Of a stretch of DNA of 64,000 nucleotides, positions 24,514 through 39,500 are shown one piece after another. The stretch is from contig NW_003526943.1 in assembly GCF_000181795.1 (NCBI RefSeq), positions 7,461,566-7,525,565 on the forward strand, in the 5' to 3' direction. Both the position numbers and the translations under genes were made by a program. Origin of the DNA: Trichinella spiralis. Taxonomy: Eukaryota. The notes below the pieces were generated by a model. It was not told the DNA's origin. It did no database searches and saw only the letters and a list, made by a program, of their open reading frames with translations. The number at the start of each line of letters is the position of its first letter. The stretch's first letter is position 1.

Positions 24514-27500
24514 GTATTTGAATAGAAAAAAATTTTCTTCAAAAATGAAAACTGAACGAAAGTATTGCTTAATTTTAACGTTAAACTGTTTACTGTCCTT
24601 CGATCAGTTTGAAAGAAGCAAGAGCATAAACCTACAATAACACAAATTGCATGCTCATTTAAAACTGTTTAAGTGGCATTTCTTTTGATTGAAATTATAA
24701 TAGAAGTTGAAAGGAAAAGCAATATAATTAGCAAAGCAGTTAGCCTAGCAGTTTGCTGAAATTCTGCTGCTAAATCACGTTGAATAGAAAAAGAACATTG
24801 AAATGCTAAATGCAGACCAGTAGGAAGCTCTTTGCGATCAAAGAACAATAAATACATTGACACTGGTCAGTTGTGGCTGCAAAGGGAGCAAACCAGTGGA
24901 TCGATTTTTGACCATTTTCGTCGTTGCAAAGGTAAAATTTTCAATTTATTAGGGAAATCGTCAACTCGATCTCCAACAGTTTAAATGTTTCCACCAGCTT
25001 GCCTGCTGTGCAACTGCCAATCAAATATTACAAAATTTTCAATGACATTGAATTGCTGGCATAGCGGCAAATTTCTGCTACCGTTACACAGAAATTAGCT
25101 TCACCCATGTTTATAATAAAACTCTATTTTGAAATTTTAATCAACTCCAAACAAAACTCAAATGAAATTGTTCACTTTGAAATATTCCCTAGATGCCAAT
25201 AATTTCCAAAAATGCTAATTTTTTCTGTAAATATGGCGCTTTATCAAAGTTTATTTAGACAAAACAGATTGTAGAGAAGCAAAACAGCTACTGAAAATTG
25301 GCTGGCATACGTTTTATCATCCTGTAATGTCATTGTTGCTATATTCAACCGTTTTGAATTTGTCAAAAATAATTTATTAAAAAAAATAATTCAATGCATT
25401 AGCAACATTCCTCATTGATAAACAGCATCAATAAAATGAATAAATATACCTCAAGACAACGAATGTAAGTTCAAGATAATACAAGAAAAGAAAACGTAAT
25501 ATTCAAAATCATTATTCATCGCTGTATAACAATATGTTGAGTAAAAAAATTGAAACTCACTGAAACAAAATGTGATTAAAAACTTTTGCGTTTAAATTTC
25601 ATTTTATTGAATATTGCCAATGATGGAAAAGCAGATCAAAAATTATTTAATTAAAATAAACATTAAACTGAATTGAATGCTGCATCAAAAATTGATAAAG
25701 AGGCAGTTAGAAAAACACTTACCCTCGTAGGAATCAAGGAAATTTCAATTAAAATACATTTTTTTTCAGTTTACTAGGAAAAATTATGTAAATCGACAAT
25801 TATTCGCCAAAAATTTACATATATAATGGTGAAAATGAATAATTAGTGTTCTTACTTTTTAATATAGATCTACCCACCAATATCGATAATACTGTTTTAT
25901 ATGTCAAGCATGTATATCAGTGTAAAAAATGATGATGATTTTTACGCTCATTAAATAAATATCTTGATAAATGCAGACTTGAATAAAATAAATAAGAATA
26001 AAATGCAAAGACAGAATACAAAAAATAAAGCAATCAAACTGTTTAGTAAATTATTCATCTGTTCATCCGGCAAGTTAATTTAGAATAATTATTAAATTTT
26101 ACAAAAAAACAAATACTTTATTAAAATTAATATTCTATACTCATTGTTCAAATGTATGATTGTGGAGATGATTTTTAGCGTAAAAAGCAACGCTATTTTC
26201 GAAATAAAAACATTCATGAATACTTGAATGCAATTCAATTTATTTGAGAATTAAAATATTTATTTTTTGTTACTGTTATTTCAAAATTCAATTAATTTTC
26301 ATAAATGCAACGTATTTTACTAATGTATTATAAATCAGAAATGCTGATTATTGAAATTTCAATAGAAAAATGTTGATACTGCAATTTATCATGCTTTTTG
26401 TTATTGTCTGAAATTAAAAATAAAATCCCATAAATAAATTTAATGAACAAACTTTGAAAGCACAAATCTCAAAGAATAAAACATTCCATAAACTGAACTT
26501 TCATTTAAAGAAATTTTTTTAATTCTGTAGAAAAACAGAAATTGGTGCAAGAATTTGAACGTGCCGCTAGTTCAATGAAAATCTGTTTGAAAACTTTAAA
26601 TTTTCATTAACGCTCAATAACAAATTCAGAAAACTGCTTTTATATTAGTGTAAAATTTTGTATTGAAATTATCATAAGGATTTTGCAATATAAAAGCACT
26701 GTTTTTTTAAATTTCACCGAATTTGAATTAAATAAACCGACAGTTGATAGCTTTAAAATATTTCATCAAATTAGCTAAATCAAAGAAAATGATCATAGCA
26801 AAAATTTCATTTCACTTTTTCAAGCAAACAAATGTAATGTTTTGTAAGAAAAATTAGCTGATTAAAAAATGGGTTTCACACTTTGCATTGCTTTTAATTA
26901 AAAAACATTTTTTATTTTTATATACAATTCAACTGATTAAATTTATTAAAAATAATATGAAAAAAAGTAGATATACTGAAAAAATAAAAAAAGTCTTTTG
27001 ATTTTTCATTGATAATATTGATAGTAAAATTATTTTATTTTTAATAAACAGTGTTTGTGGAAAAATGATTTCCTTCAAACAAAAACAACTTATTATAAGC
27101 GATGAGCAAAGGTCATCTTTTTCTTCAACATTTATCGCTTGAGAGTTGATCAGAATATAATTTGCATAAAAAAACTTCAGAACTCTGCAATGACAAAAAA
27201 TTTGAGAATAACTGCTTCAATATCCAAGCTTTGGCAAATCATTTTCAAAGATATCGACAGGCACTTCTTGTTCACATGATTAGTAGAACGAACTTAAAAC
27301 GCTAAGGATTTCTTTGCATACTTCAGCAATAACCAATACGAATAGATTTGATTTAAAAAAATGATTGATTCAACTTAATTTCAGTAAAAACAGTATTCTG
27401 ATGCATTCCTTGCCCATTGAGGGCTTTGCATACAACAAAAACTGTTTTCCTGCCAATTCATGTGAGGAACTTCTAATTAATCTGATCTTTCTAACAAAAG

Positions 27501-30500
27501 AGAAAGTACAATTATGTTTAAAACATGTTCAAACATAGTTTTCTATGCTACAATTAAGACCGAAAAAATTCAAACTTCTCTCTCTCCCTCTCTCTCGTTC
27601 TCCTTATATATAACTCAACCATATTTTCTTAATTACAAAAAGTAACTAATAAGCATATAAGATATGTGCGTGTTTGGTTGTTCCATGAAAAGCAAAGTTA
27701 TATTAATTTATAAATTAATAATCTCCAGTAAATTATTTAAAATAAAAAAAATATCCTCTTTTCAGAAAACTCATCATTATATCTGCGCTTTTAACTGTTT
27801 TATAAAGTTACTTTGAAAATAAAACTTCACTTTATTCATAATGCTTGGTAGTAAAACTTATTCTCACTGTATTCAATGCAAAATTCATACTTATAAATAT
27901 AAATTCCAAATGCTCTTCTGGGCTTTCATGTTTCACATGCTATGTAAATTATGTGATAAAATGAATTTGAAAAAAGCACCGAAAAACTTAGAAAATATAA
28001 TTGCATAATTTTACAAGTCTTTGTAATATATTTAATCCACAGACTGATCAATAATTTTCTATAAAGTTCTGTTCGAGCTTTATTGTCTTGCTTTTCACCA
28101 GAAATGTATCTTTCAATTGAAAAATATTGCATTCAATCAAATCAATTCATTACTAACAATCGATTTGAATTATAGAAAATGAAATAGAAAATACGATGAC
28201 AAACCAAATCTTTCTACTGAAAAATTAACCGTGAAACTCGTCAAACTCGGCACATTTTATGCCAATTATCCTGCCTTTCAGCAGTAATTATGTCAAATAC
28301 ATAATTACAAATCAGTCATTTATTTTTCAAAAGATGAATATTAAAAAAAGATATTCCTATTGTTTTGTTTTCAAAATTTTAGACATAATGTTTAAACTTC
28401 TTTATCATATTTGTATCTGAGTTAACTTCTCAACTTGATTCCAAATCAAGTATAATTGTTATAAATTGCAATCAAATGTAAAATTAATTACCAATACAAT
28501 AAGAGACGTATTCATCAGAAAATCAATTCCCATTATTTTATTTTCCATATCCATCTACCTCTGCGTGGTATATTAGATCTAAACTGTGTTACTTACAGTT
28601 CCAACTAAATATAATTTTTATTTTATGTTGTTTTTATATTTAATTTTGAATAAAATTCCAAACTTCCCAAAATTATTCTGTTATTAATCATAAAAATTAT
28701 AACTTTTATCACTGGATATGCAAATATCACTGGAGAAATAGTAAAAATTAAATTACAAAATTTATCAATGGCAGGTTTCTAGGAGTTGTAATCTTATAAA
28801 ATGTAATCTCTCAGAAAAATTTTAGCAGAGGGTTAAAATTAATGCGCTGTAATATGAAGGTCTTGTTACAACAGCAACAAAAATTTGCAGTCGACTGAAC
28901 GCAATCGGATATTTCATTCAAACGAAACGACGTCAAAGATGTAGCTGGTCAGTTTCATGACGCGTAATAAATAATTAAAACAACCTGCTCAGTTTAATCC
29001 TAATATTAAAATTTTTACGGTGTCATTTTATTTATTGTGAATGGATTAATTTTTGCAAAATTTTATTGACACATGCAACTTTTGCATTCGATGCACACAT
29101 AGTTTTGCTTAAACAAGCTTGCTTGTGATGAGCACATGTAGAACTTTTATGCGCGCCAGTATAAATTTCGTGATTTTTTTAGATGCAGTAAAATGGATTC
29201 AAACTTGTAAATATGAAGATGGTGTCACCGAGAGAGAGTCAGAAGATCATTTTCTGAGATGAAAACGACTTTTTAAATGGCTCTGCAACGTGATCAAAAA
29301 CAATTGTCGCATTATTTTAAAAATGGGTTGTTTAAATATGAAAAATATTTTTAACGAACGAAACTATTCAAAAACAGGATAGCAAAATAATCCAGCTCGA
29401 CGAAACGCAATACCAGACAGTATGAAATAAAGAAAATTTGGAATTTTCTCAATTTATTTTATAACTAGTTGATGGAAAATCTGCTTTTCAATACTACCCA
29501 ATAGTCACAAAGTTGCCATTGTGCTACATCTACTAAGCAGCATGGTTGAGGGATTAGCTCACATGCATAATGCGAATGGATTAGCCGAGATGTTTCTGAA
29601 AAGGATTTATTACCCAAATAGACCATATAATACTGCAAGCACTTTCCAAAATTGTATTGATTTCCTATTTTAAATAACGCATTTTACACGTTTGAAATTT
29701 TCACTGCACGTGGGAAATGTTGGAACGTGCATTTTAAAATTAGCGTTTACGCTTGTAAGCTTTCTCTCTTTGAGCATTCTCTCAAACAAAAATTGGGTGA
29801 AATAAAGCTGAAACACAAAGATCATAATGCACATAGACAAATTGAAAAAGTTTCTTATGTATTATTTCAGTCGAAAGATTATGATGAGAGTTGAAGTAAG
29901 CAAATCAGGAAAATTTGCTAAACTTAGGCTTACCTGCAAAAGAGGCGAGGAAAGATTCGTCGTGTTTCTTGCGCAATTTCATCAAAGAAGTAAAATGATG
30001 AAATACCGTTGACAGATAACAGAAACTGTTTTCAAGCAATTGAAAGGAAGTTTGATTTTTTTTTCCCACTTGCAAAACTGCTCAACCACGAATGTTTGCA
30101 GTGCTGGCTTTAAAGAAAAGTTGCTGTTGAAACGTAATGAAGTGATTGTTTGACGCCGTTCCAACGCTAGCCGGTTTAAATGCTTTTTGTTTATTTGTCA
30201 ACTTTGCTCATGTAAGTTTACTGTATCAAATTTACTGTAATATACGGAAAGAAGGCACGTGCTGGACAGTGCGTTGACGAAAGATAGACCAGATGCGCAT
30301 CGGTCAACGAATGAAAGCGCCTGGACAGTCATGAAAAACAACTAATACGTCGCGTCATATAAGTAAGCGGTAAGCGGCACGCTCGAAAGGGACAACACTA
30401 TGGCAAATGGATTAAACACAAGCAGGAAATGCTAACAGCAAGGACCAAAGAAGCATGCTAAAGCCGCAAATGGGATAACAATGACAGAAAATGACTAGAT

Positions 30501-33500
30501 GCCTTCATGTGCACCAGAAAGTCGTTCCCTTGCACAATTCTTCTGCCGGCTTTAATCGATTTTATAATGCAATGACTGCGCCAAGCAAACCGTTAGTTCT
30601 TACTCGTCCAAGCAAGCTTGTATTACACAATCGCCTCAACTTGCTTTGCTCAGGTAGCAATGCTTTGCAATCATTGCAATTTACCACAATTCAAATTGGC
30701 TGAATTTAGTGAAGCTACCTCTATCGTCATTTTCCCTGCCAAAATTGGAATTTTTTTCACAGACGTTCATGAATTTTAGGAAAAAATTATTTGTTGCAAT
30801 AGGTTTAATCATTGATGAGAAAATGAATGACCAAATAAGTAGACCAAAAGACTCTGAAATAAATTAGTTCCAGTCTAACTGCTTCTATTAAATAAGATTC
30901 ATCTAAAACTTAGCTCATTTTAATGTGTTGCACATAGCAGTGTTAAAAATACATAGTACAATGAATCTACGAAAATATTCAGCAGACATTCAAACTTCGA
31001 CTAATTTTCCATTTCAAACGAATAAACGCCCTCAGTTTCACTGTGGAAAGCTAATTGAAGATTACTATTTAAACAATACATTCAGCAGTTCACTTCACAA
31101 TGTAACATTATAAACGTTAAAAGTTTAACCAAACATGTTTAATTTTAAGATTGAAATTCCGTATCGAAAAGTTTCATTTAATATGATAAAATAAAATTAC
31201 ACGACATAATTGCTCAGTAAGCAAAAACTCTGTAACTGAGGCAGACATATAAATACGAATGTCAAATTGCTCTTTTATCAAAGCATTTTTTTTCAAGCTA
31301 AAGTTTAAGTATGCTATGTTAATGAATATTAGCTTTAATAAATCTCAACATAAATGTTGCGAGTTTAATTGGCTGAAATTTTAAAAATAATTTTTGTTTT
31401 CGTTTACCTCATCAAATAGTGAAACAGAAAATCATTATTTAGTCTACTTTAAAAGCAACTATTAATAAATTAGACGCCCAACATGAATTTATTTAATAAA
31501 ATGCTAAATTTTTATTTTATTTTTCTTTCAGAATAAGATGCATCTGCAAAAACTGTAAACTCCATATGGCCAAATTATGCAGTTAGTCTCACAAAGCAGC
31601 GGTTGATCGCTCACCAATTTCCAATTCATGTAAATACCTCACATTAGCAAATGATTTACAACCAATAAAATACTCTTAATGCAATTAACGATGTCAATTA
31701 TTGCAGATGTCAAAAGTTGGCTGCCATAAAACATCTAGCCATGAAATTCAAATGGTCGTTCAGAAAGTATTTGTGAAAAAAGTTTCCACATGTCTTACAT
31801 ATATACAAATGAATTGTGATTTTTAATTCGTATTTTTACTTTTTGAAATTACACGTTTTAAACATTATACATTAAATTTTTGAAATACAACACTATAATT
31901 AATAAATAAATACATATATCTGTTACATAGCTTAGTTAATTGAAATTGTTACATATTTTCATTGCATTATAGAGCATTCATTGTTGGATTTAATCTGTTT
32001 TGAATTTTTGATTAAAATTCTGAATAAATACTACTTTATGCATGCAAGTTGTTATTTAAAAAATCAAGAAGTTATGCAAAGTATTTATTTTAACGTAGCC
32101 TTCTTCATTTGCAGAATTAAGAAGCCACTGAAGAACTACACTGAACTGAAGTGAATCGACTATTTTACAAAGATTTTCAATTAGCTGTTTTTTGTCCAGT
32201 AAAGATATAAGAGTGAAATTAAATCAGATCACACTCTTAAAGTCAAGTGTTTCCGTGTCTAAGCAACACAAGCCTGACAGTTGTTCATCGTAATTATACC
32301 AAACTGACTGGTCATAAAGCAATTTTCTTGTCTGTCTATTGAAAGTGCTAAATGCTGAGAAAAGCTTCTACATAAAATTAAAGTACTTCATTAAAACAGA
32401 TTGGTTAGCAGTTAGTGTTATGCAAAGAAAAAACTAGAAGCAAATTCAGTGAATTCAATGAAAATTCAAGCATAAAGAAAATACCTGCAATAAGGCGAGC
32501 ACAACGAACTTTCGTTGCTCCCAAACTGCTGATCATCGTTGGTTAGCTTAAAAAATATTGTTGTCCTCCTCTGAATCTGCAGCTTTGTAAATGAAGCCCA
32601 TGAGGAAATTGCTCCTTTTCAATTACTAATTTTTCAACGAAAAAAAGTTTAACACAATTCTGCGTTTCAATACATCCAAATAATAGCTCAACGTTGACAA
32701 TTAGAATGTATCAATGCAGTTGCATAATACTTGAAACGCTGTCATGCAAACAGTTCTTTTACACAACGCTTGATCATTTTACTTATCGCATCACTTATGC
32801 ATCTCATATAAACTGTGATATCAAGCGGAATGTCAACGCTTTTAACACATATTGCATTCCTCAGACATCAAAACCACCAGAATCTCAAGAGCTTAATACC
32901 TTTAACTTCATGAAAATAGCTATCGACTAAGACTTAAGCAGCTTGTAATGTTCTAATGCTAATCAGCGCAATAAAATTTAGCATGTTGTAGTAATTAATG
33001 AATTGCTAATAAAAAATTGATTATCTTGTGAGGTACACATCATCACTTTTAAATTAATTAAGTTATACCATTTTTACACAAAAAACAAATTTCATTCAAC
33101 TTTTTAGTTTTTAAATTATTTTATTTATAATATATAACATGTAATATGAATATAAGCTTTTAATTCACTGCAAAAATAAGCTCAGCAGTTTTGAATAAGT
33201 CAAGTTGAAGAATATACTTCAAAGCAATATAGAAGAGAAAATAAGTGCTTTTTGAAGCTGGAAAATGAAAAAATAATGCTTAAAACTTTAAAACTGAAAT
33301 CCTAAAAATTACTATAGAAAAATGTGAAATACACGTGAATTGATGCACTGTTTTGAAAAATTATTCATTAATTGCCTTCGTAACTAATTACGCTATTTCC
33401 ATCAAAGATCCATGTTTCAATTCAATATTTCTAAAATGCGCTACAACTCTTTTTTACATCCTTTTCATCATGCTAATTTTCTTCAAATATATTTTGTGTG

Positions 33501-36500
33501 GTTTAAACAAGCAGTTTTTTTAAAGTGTCAAACACTGTGATTAAATTAAAGAACATTATATACAGCTCTTGTAAGTTTTTATAATTTAAGAACATTTAAT
33601 GAAATAAAACCTTTATTTAAATGGAAAGTCACAACTTCATAACAAATTTGCGCTGTTCATTTGTTGCATAAGCTTTAAATATAATTTCTGAAATTGTTTA
33701 TCATATGCCGCAATAGTTAACTTCTTAATTCACTTTCAGAATACACAAAATTGTTGAAATAATATTTTGGAAAATGAAACTGGGATTCGGTTTTATTACA
33801 AACAGCAATGTCAAAAGAGAATGTAAAATATTTAAAACTATGAAAATAAACCAAAACTACATTTCCAACTACAGTACATCAAAATTACGTTTGCATAAAG
33901 TAAATAAAATACAACTAAATAAATAAACTAAGCAACCGACTGCTCAAGTTAGCAAGAAATCAAGTCTGGATTATAATTTAATAGAAAACATTTAATTGGA
34001 CTTTACTGACTCAAATTCTATAATGAAATAGACATTGTATCATATATCAGTGACATTAAACTTAAAAACTGACTGCTAGAATTTTTGAAAGATTTTAAAA
34101 TCAAAACCCGTTCATTTTTAACAGAATATTTTTTATAAAAGAATGTTAAAATTGTTTTATCGTCTTGTTTAATTTTGATTATAAGAAAAGACTCACCAAC
34201 TAAAATTAATTTATAGAATTACTAATGTTTCAAATAGTAAAGAACTCACATTTTAATTGCTTCCCAGCACAATAACCAAAATTTATTAGTATACACTGTA
34301 CAGTATCAGTAATATCAGTAAAGGGCAAGTGAGAACATTTTAAAAATATTAAGAAAAAAAATTTTTTAATTTTCATAAAAATTCTTCATCTAATAATCAA
34401 CAGAGCAACAACATATGAGAAGTAAGATGAAAATGGAATGCAAGTTATTGCTGGATTGTGAGAGTTCATGAAAACATACACTGCGTATTGTTTTACTGAA
34501 TGCTGCAACTATGACAAAAATAGAAATATTCTTCTACAAATTTCTTTACTGCATTATTAAGCTGAAAATTTATATCTGTGAACTACGAGCTCAAATTTCA
34601 CAATTCTAAAATCTCAGAAGGGGAACTATTTTAATGCAGATGACAATCATTTAAATAAAACATTTCAATGTTAAATATTATTTATTTGTTAGAATTTAAA
34701 TTTTTATTAAAAAGACTAAATTTTTTTAAACAAATTTCATTTTTATCTTTTGAAACAAAATTAGCAGAAAAATGTTATTTAAATGAATCCAATGTTCTGT
34801 TTCATATAGTAGGATAAAAATAGTACTTCTTTCTTTAATTAATTCTATTCATGTTGATTTTTTGATAAATTTTACAATTCATATCATAAATTAAATCCCA
34901 TTCAAATAAATAAAGCAACGCCGATATTGAGCGAGTTATTACATAACTATTTCTTTAAAAATTGCATTACAAATATTATAAACTACAAATCATCATATGT
35001 AATAAAGGTAAAACATCATTCTGATGCAAACAGTTTTCTTTAAAACACCTTTGAAGAAGTTGGTATTTTTGTTTGAAAAGCATTAGCATAATTATAGAAA
35101 TATAAATATTTCAATAATTAAAAAAATGCTCTATTGCTATTCTTATTTGAATTTTTGCCATTTATGCTGCTCCATCCCAAAAAACGTTCATAAAATTAAA
35201 ATCAATGTTTGCATTAATATTCTCACAAAGCCACTATTATAATTTGAAATTTCATTGAGAACAGGCAAAAAGCTTAATAGAAATGCAAAATCAAACTTTC
35301 ACTAATTAGTTGCTTATGTGAGATTTTTAGTGAAATTTTAAATAAAGAACTATAAAGTGAGTTTTACAGTGCAGATAGAGCATTTGGTATGGCATCTGAT
35401 TTGTTGAAGAAAGTTGAAACCAATGTAATTTGTACTTTTATTTTCTTCACTTAATTATTTCAACAAAGCTCAAAATTATTCTCAAGTTAAATAACAACTT
35501 TCTTACTGCAAAATTTTTTGTAAAGGAAAATTGACTTGAAAGTTTCAGTTTTAATTCAAGCAAATCCCCGTTGAGCATTATTGTGATTCCACTTTGAATG
35601 CAGACAAATTAATGTCTCTATATGAACTTTGTAAATTTGATTCGGTGAAAATGAAAATTGTATCTGATCATCATTCCATCAACACAAATAGTTGTTTTAT
35701 GCTTTATTAAAAAATAACTTGAAATAAAACTTCAGTCCCATAACTTATTCTAACTAAATAAACTACCATGTAGCTATATGTATTGAACGGTGAATTTGAA
35801 AGGGTAAAATCAGTTGCCTCTCAAAGCATGCTCATCAAGCATGCGTCGTATAAAGCTTTTCTAATTAAAACTAACTTTCAGTTATTTTAGCATCTAATAA
35901 ATTCATTTCATAAAAAGAAAGGAAAACAAAAATATTAAGCATAAATCATAACCGTTTTATAATTTTTAATTTCACAAAAGCAAATAGGAGAAATGTTGAA
36001 AGCATTTTTCATGACTGTTGCTAAATTTCACATATAATCAAAAATTATAATTGCATTTTAATAATTAATGATATCAGTGTTCCTTTCTTTAGTATAACAA
36101 ATGCTTAATATAAGAGAACTTGATGTAACTTTTCAAATAATATAATAATGTAATTGTGTATTACTTGTAAATGATTAGCTGTCATGTCAAGCATTTTGTC
36201 AATATTTAAATTAAGTGCATATTAATTCAGATTATCAAATTTAGATGAAATTTATATTGAATTTTAACCTAACAGCAATGTTCAAAGCAGTTTTTTACAC
36301 AGTGTGAAATTCATAATTTCAATTTTATTTATGAAATAAATTTATTTCAGGCAGTTGATTTATACTTTTGCAAAAATGTCTCAAAAAATGCATAACTTAA
36401 AAAGACATTTATACTGAAAATATTGAAATCAAAGAACATTTTTAATCAGACAAGTAAAAAGCTTCTGAAATTTTTTAAACATAAATACATCAATTCAAAT

Positions 36501-39500
36501 ACAATAAATATAATGCAACTGATGGGATGAACTTTAATTAGGGATGAAGTTGGACGCAATTTTTTAAACAAAACTGAATATGCATATACATATATGTTAA
36601 TAAAGTATAAACGGTTCCTGATTATGCTAAAAATAGTGAAACCATTTTTTTCACTTATTTTCAATCACCAAGTGATAATTGACAATTGTATGTTCGCTTT
36701 TGAATAAATAGAAATGTTTATGGTAAGCACTGAACCTAGATCAAAGCGGAACACCGTTGAAGGAAATGATTTATCATGAAAAGAAGTTTATAATTATTTG
36801 CTAGACAGGATGAGACAAAGCAAATTATTCATCATTACTTGCTGACTTCACTTTCATCGAATACTCATCAGAATGAATAAAGTTCTTAAAGAGCATCTGA
36901 ACTTCAAATGCAATTAGCATAAACGCACAAAGTATCGATGCGTTAATACGTATAAATACATATGTGTATGTATATGTATATGTATATGCATAAACTTTTA
37001 ACCTCACTAGTAAACTTTGATTATCACAGAGTAGATGAATGGCAGTATTTCACATTGTTTGCCAAAACAATGCAATATTTTCCAAAGGTTTATAAAATTA
37101 AAGCAATTTTCCGCCGCAAAAGCAAAACGAACAAATGTCAGCAAGAGAGGAACGGGGAGAAGAGAGAGAGAGATAATTTAAGGTAGCCTGAGGAGAAAAA
37201 TCAGTGTATCCGGTTGCAAATTAGAAATGCACACAACGAGCAATTCAATTACTGGTCGTATTGGTATTGGAAAATTTTGAAAAATTGCTAAAACTGAAAG
37301 TTCACAATATGCTGATTGACGACTTGAATGCACATTTGAACAAATCAGCCTGGAATGCAATAATTTTTAAAACGGCGCTCGTTAATGACGCTGAATGGAT
37401 CCCCGCTTGCCGCAGTGGAACAAGCAAAAAGCGGATCGATGGTGTGACCAACAAATTTCAACTCAACACAAGCCTAGCCGGATATTTTGCAAACATATGC
37501 AATAGAGCTGTTCAATAAAAAGAAGAAAAAAAAAGAGAAAGAACTCTCTGACGTTCTTTTTCCCACTCAGTGGAGTTGTTAAAAATAAAAAAAAAATGTT
37601 TCAAACTGCTTCCAATGCTTAATGCTGAATTTTGAATAATAATCTTCTTCGTGTGCAGTATAATATATTTTTTTCAAAGTGGAACTTTTTCACATCTATT
37701 TTATTGTCAAATATGATTATTTATTTTTCATAGCAGAGTTAGTTGTGATGAACAGTGGACAGTCAATCAAATGCAATGGTTCTCATTGGGTGTAAAACTA
37801 TCGATGAAATATTTCCAATTTTTCAATTTAGGAACTGTGCGTAATAATATGCACATGTTGCTGGATTCGCGTTTTTCTTTCAAATTACCGACTCCAATAA
37901 GCAGGCATACAATTATTACCAAAAATGTAAAAATTTGACGTCAAAAATAAAACATACAACATAACGATCAATTCTTATTACTGATTAAAAAAGAAATCCT
38001 ACTGCAACTACATCGACTACGATATTTTTGAATTGAAATAATCAAAAATTCATTTTATTAAAAATGAAATGAAAATACAAAATAAATGAATATATAGATA
38101 GACGTTCATTTTTGATGTCAGATGTTCTGATCAATTAAGCAAAATGATTATTCTGATTTCAGAATCGATAGTGCATCACTACTGTGCAGCATCACTGTGA
38201 AGGACAATGACGTCAACAGTCACGACATAACCAATTCTCAAGAAAATTGCCTCTTTATCAAAACTGATGTATAATTATTGCTTGGATATTGTTTTCTCTT
38301 TATAGGCTGTCAGTGTGCTGACATCTGAAATGGAACGACAAAGCTAACTTGCGACTGACTTTGAAAAATAAAATCATTTTGAACTCTCTCATTTTATCTC
38401 ATAAATGTCATGGCATGCTCAAAGATCAGTTCACATTATTATTAACTATATTGAGAAAGAAGATGTCAAAATCAACTTGTTAAGCCAATGCATACATGCG
38501 CACAAGCACATACCTGTTTACCGATATGTCAACAGTTGTTTTTGCAAAAAAAGCAAACTAATAAATTATCAAAGTTGCATAAAGTAAATTACTGCATCTG
38601 CACGGAAGGACAACGTTGAGAATTGGCAAGCATCTGTCCGTTGACGCGTTCAGCGTTGAACCGAAAAAGTTAAATTTGAATCAAAATCTTCACTCGAACC
38701 ATTGCAATTACAACACTTTTCATCACTGCCAATTGAGATTGGACTGTGAAATTTTAAAATGGAATGTTTGTTTAAATCGACTTTTAAAAATTAATAAAAT
38801 AATAAAGCAAACAAAAAAAATTCCATTCAATTTCGAACAGAGAAATTGTTTTTTGTTGTTGCTGAAGCGAACAAACCGATTGCCTGCCGTAGACGTAGTG
38901 TCTGGGCTAACTAATCTGCATGCAAGTAAGTAGGAAGGATTAGCGCCCAGAAGTTGGAGCAAGTCGAATTAAGGGTGCGTCGCGAGCAGGTCAGCCGAGC
39001 TTTCAATATCAATCATCGCAACCAGGATGACTGATGCTTCAACTGTTGCTGCTACTTCAGCTAGCTGCTAACTAATTTGGGTAGCTGAGGTGGATGAAGC
39101 AAGCAGGTCGATAGCTTCACACAACAACAAATGAAAAAACAGTTTTTTGTTCTCCGCACTGTTACATATTTTTCATTCACTTTCTGAATTTTAATTTCTT
39201 TGCCAATGCTATTTTTTGTGCACCTGTTGTATATTTTTTCTGTTGATTTTTGATTTATGTTGCTGCTTTTTTAAATCTGCGACCAACCAAAAATAAAGTT
39301 ACAAACATACATGTCGGGTCAATCGATATCAGTGGTCATTTTCTCTCTCTCTCTATCTATCACAATAACACAGTCGAATAGGTTGGTCATTACGATGACA
39401 AATGAACGAAAGCCGTTTTTAATTAGAAGTGACAAAAACATTAAAAGCTGCTTCCGCCTTCCACATCGATGGCGGTTTTCACCGCATTCAGTCAGTTAAG

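Noticed and set aside
27050..27480. Coding-like patch, possibly a transposase relic
   Set aside because: Only a short ambiguous peptide (LDIEAVILK); no TIR or TSD found.
30492..30513. TGACTAGA (miR-279/44-family seed) start
   Set aside because: No complementary arm nearby to form a pre-miRNA hairpin.
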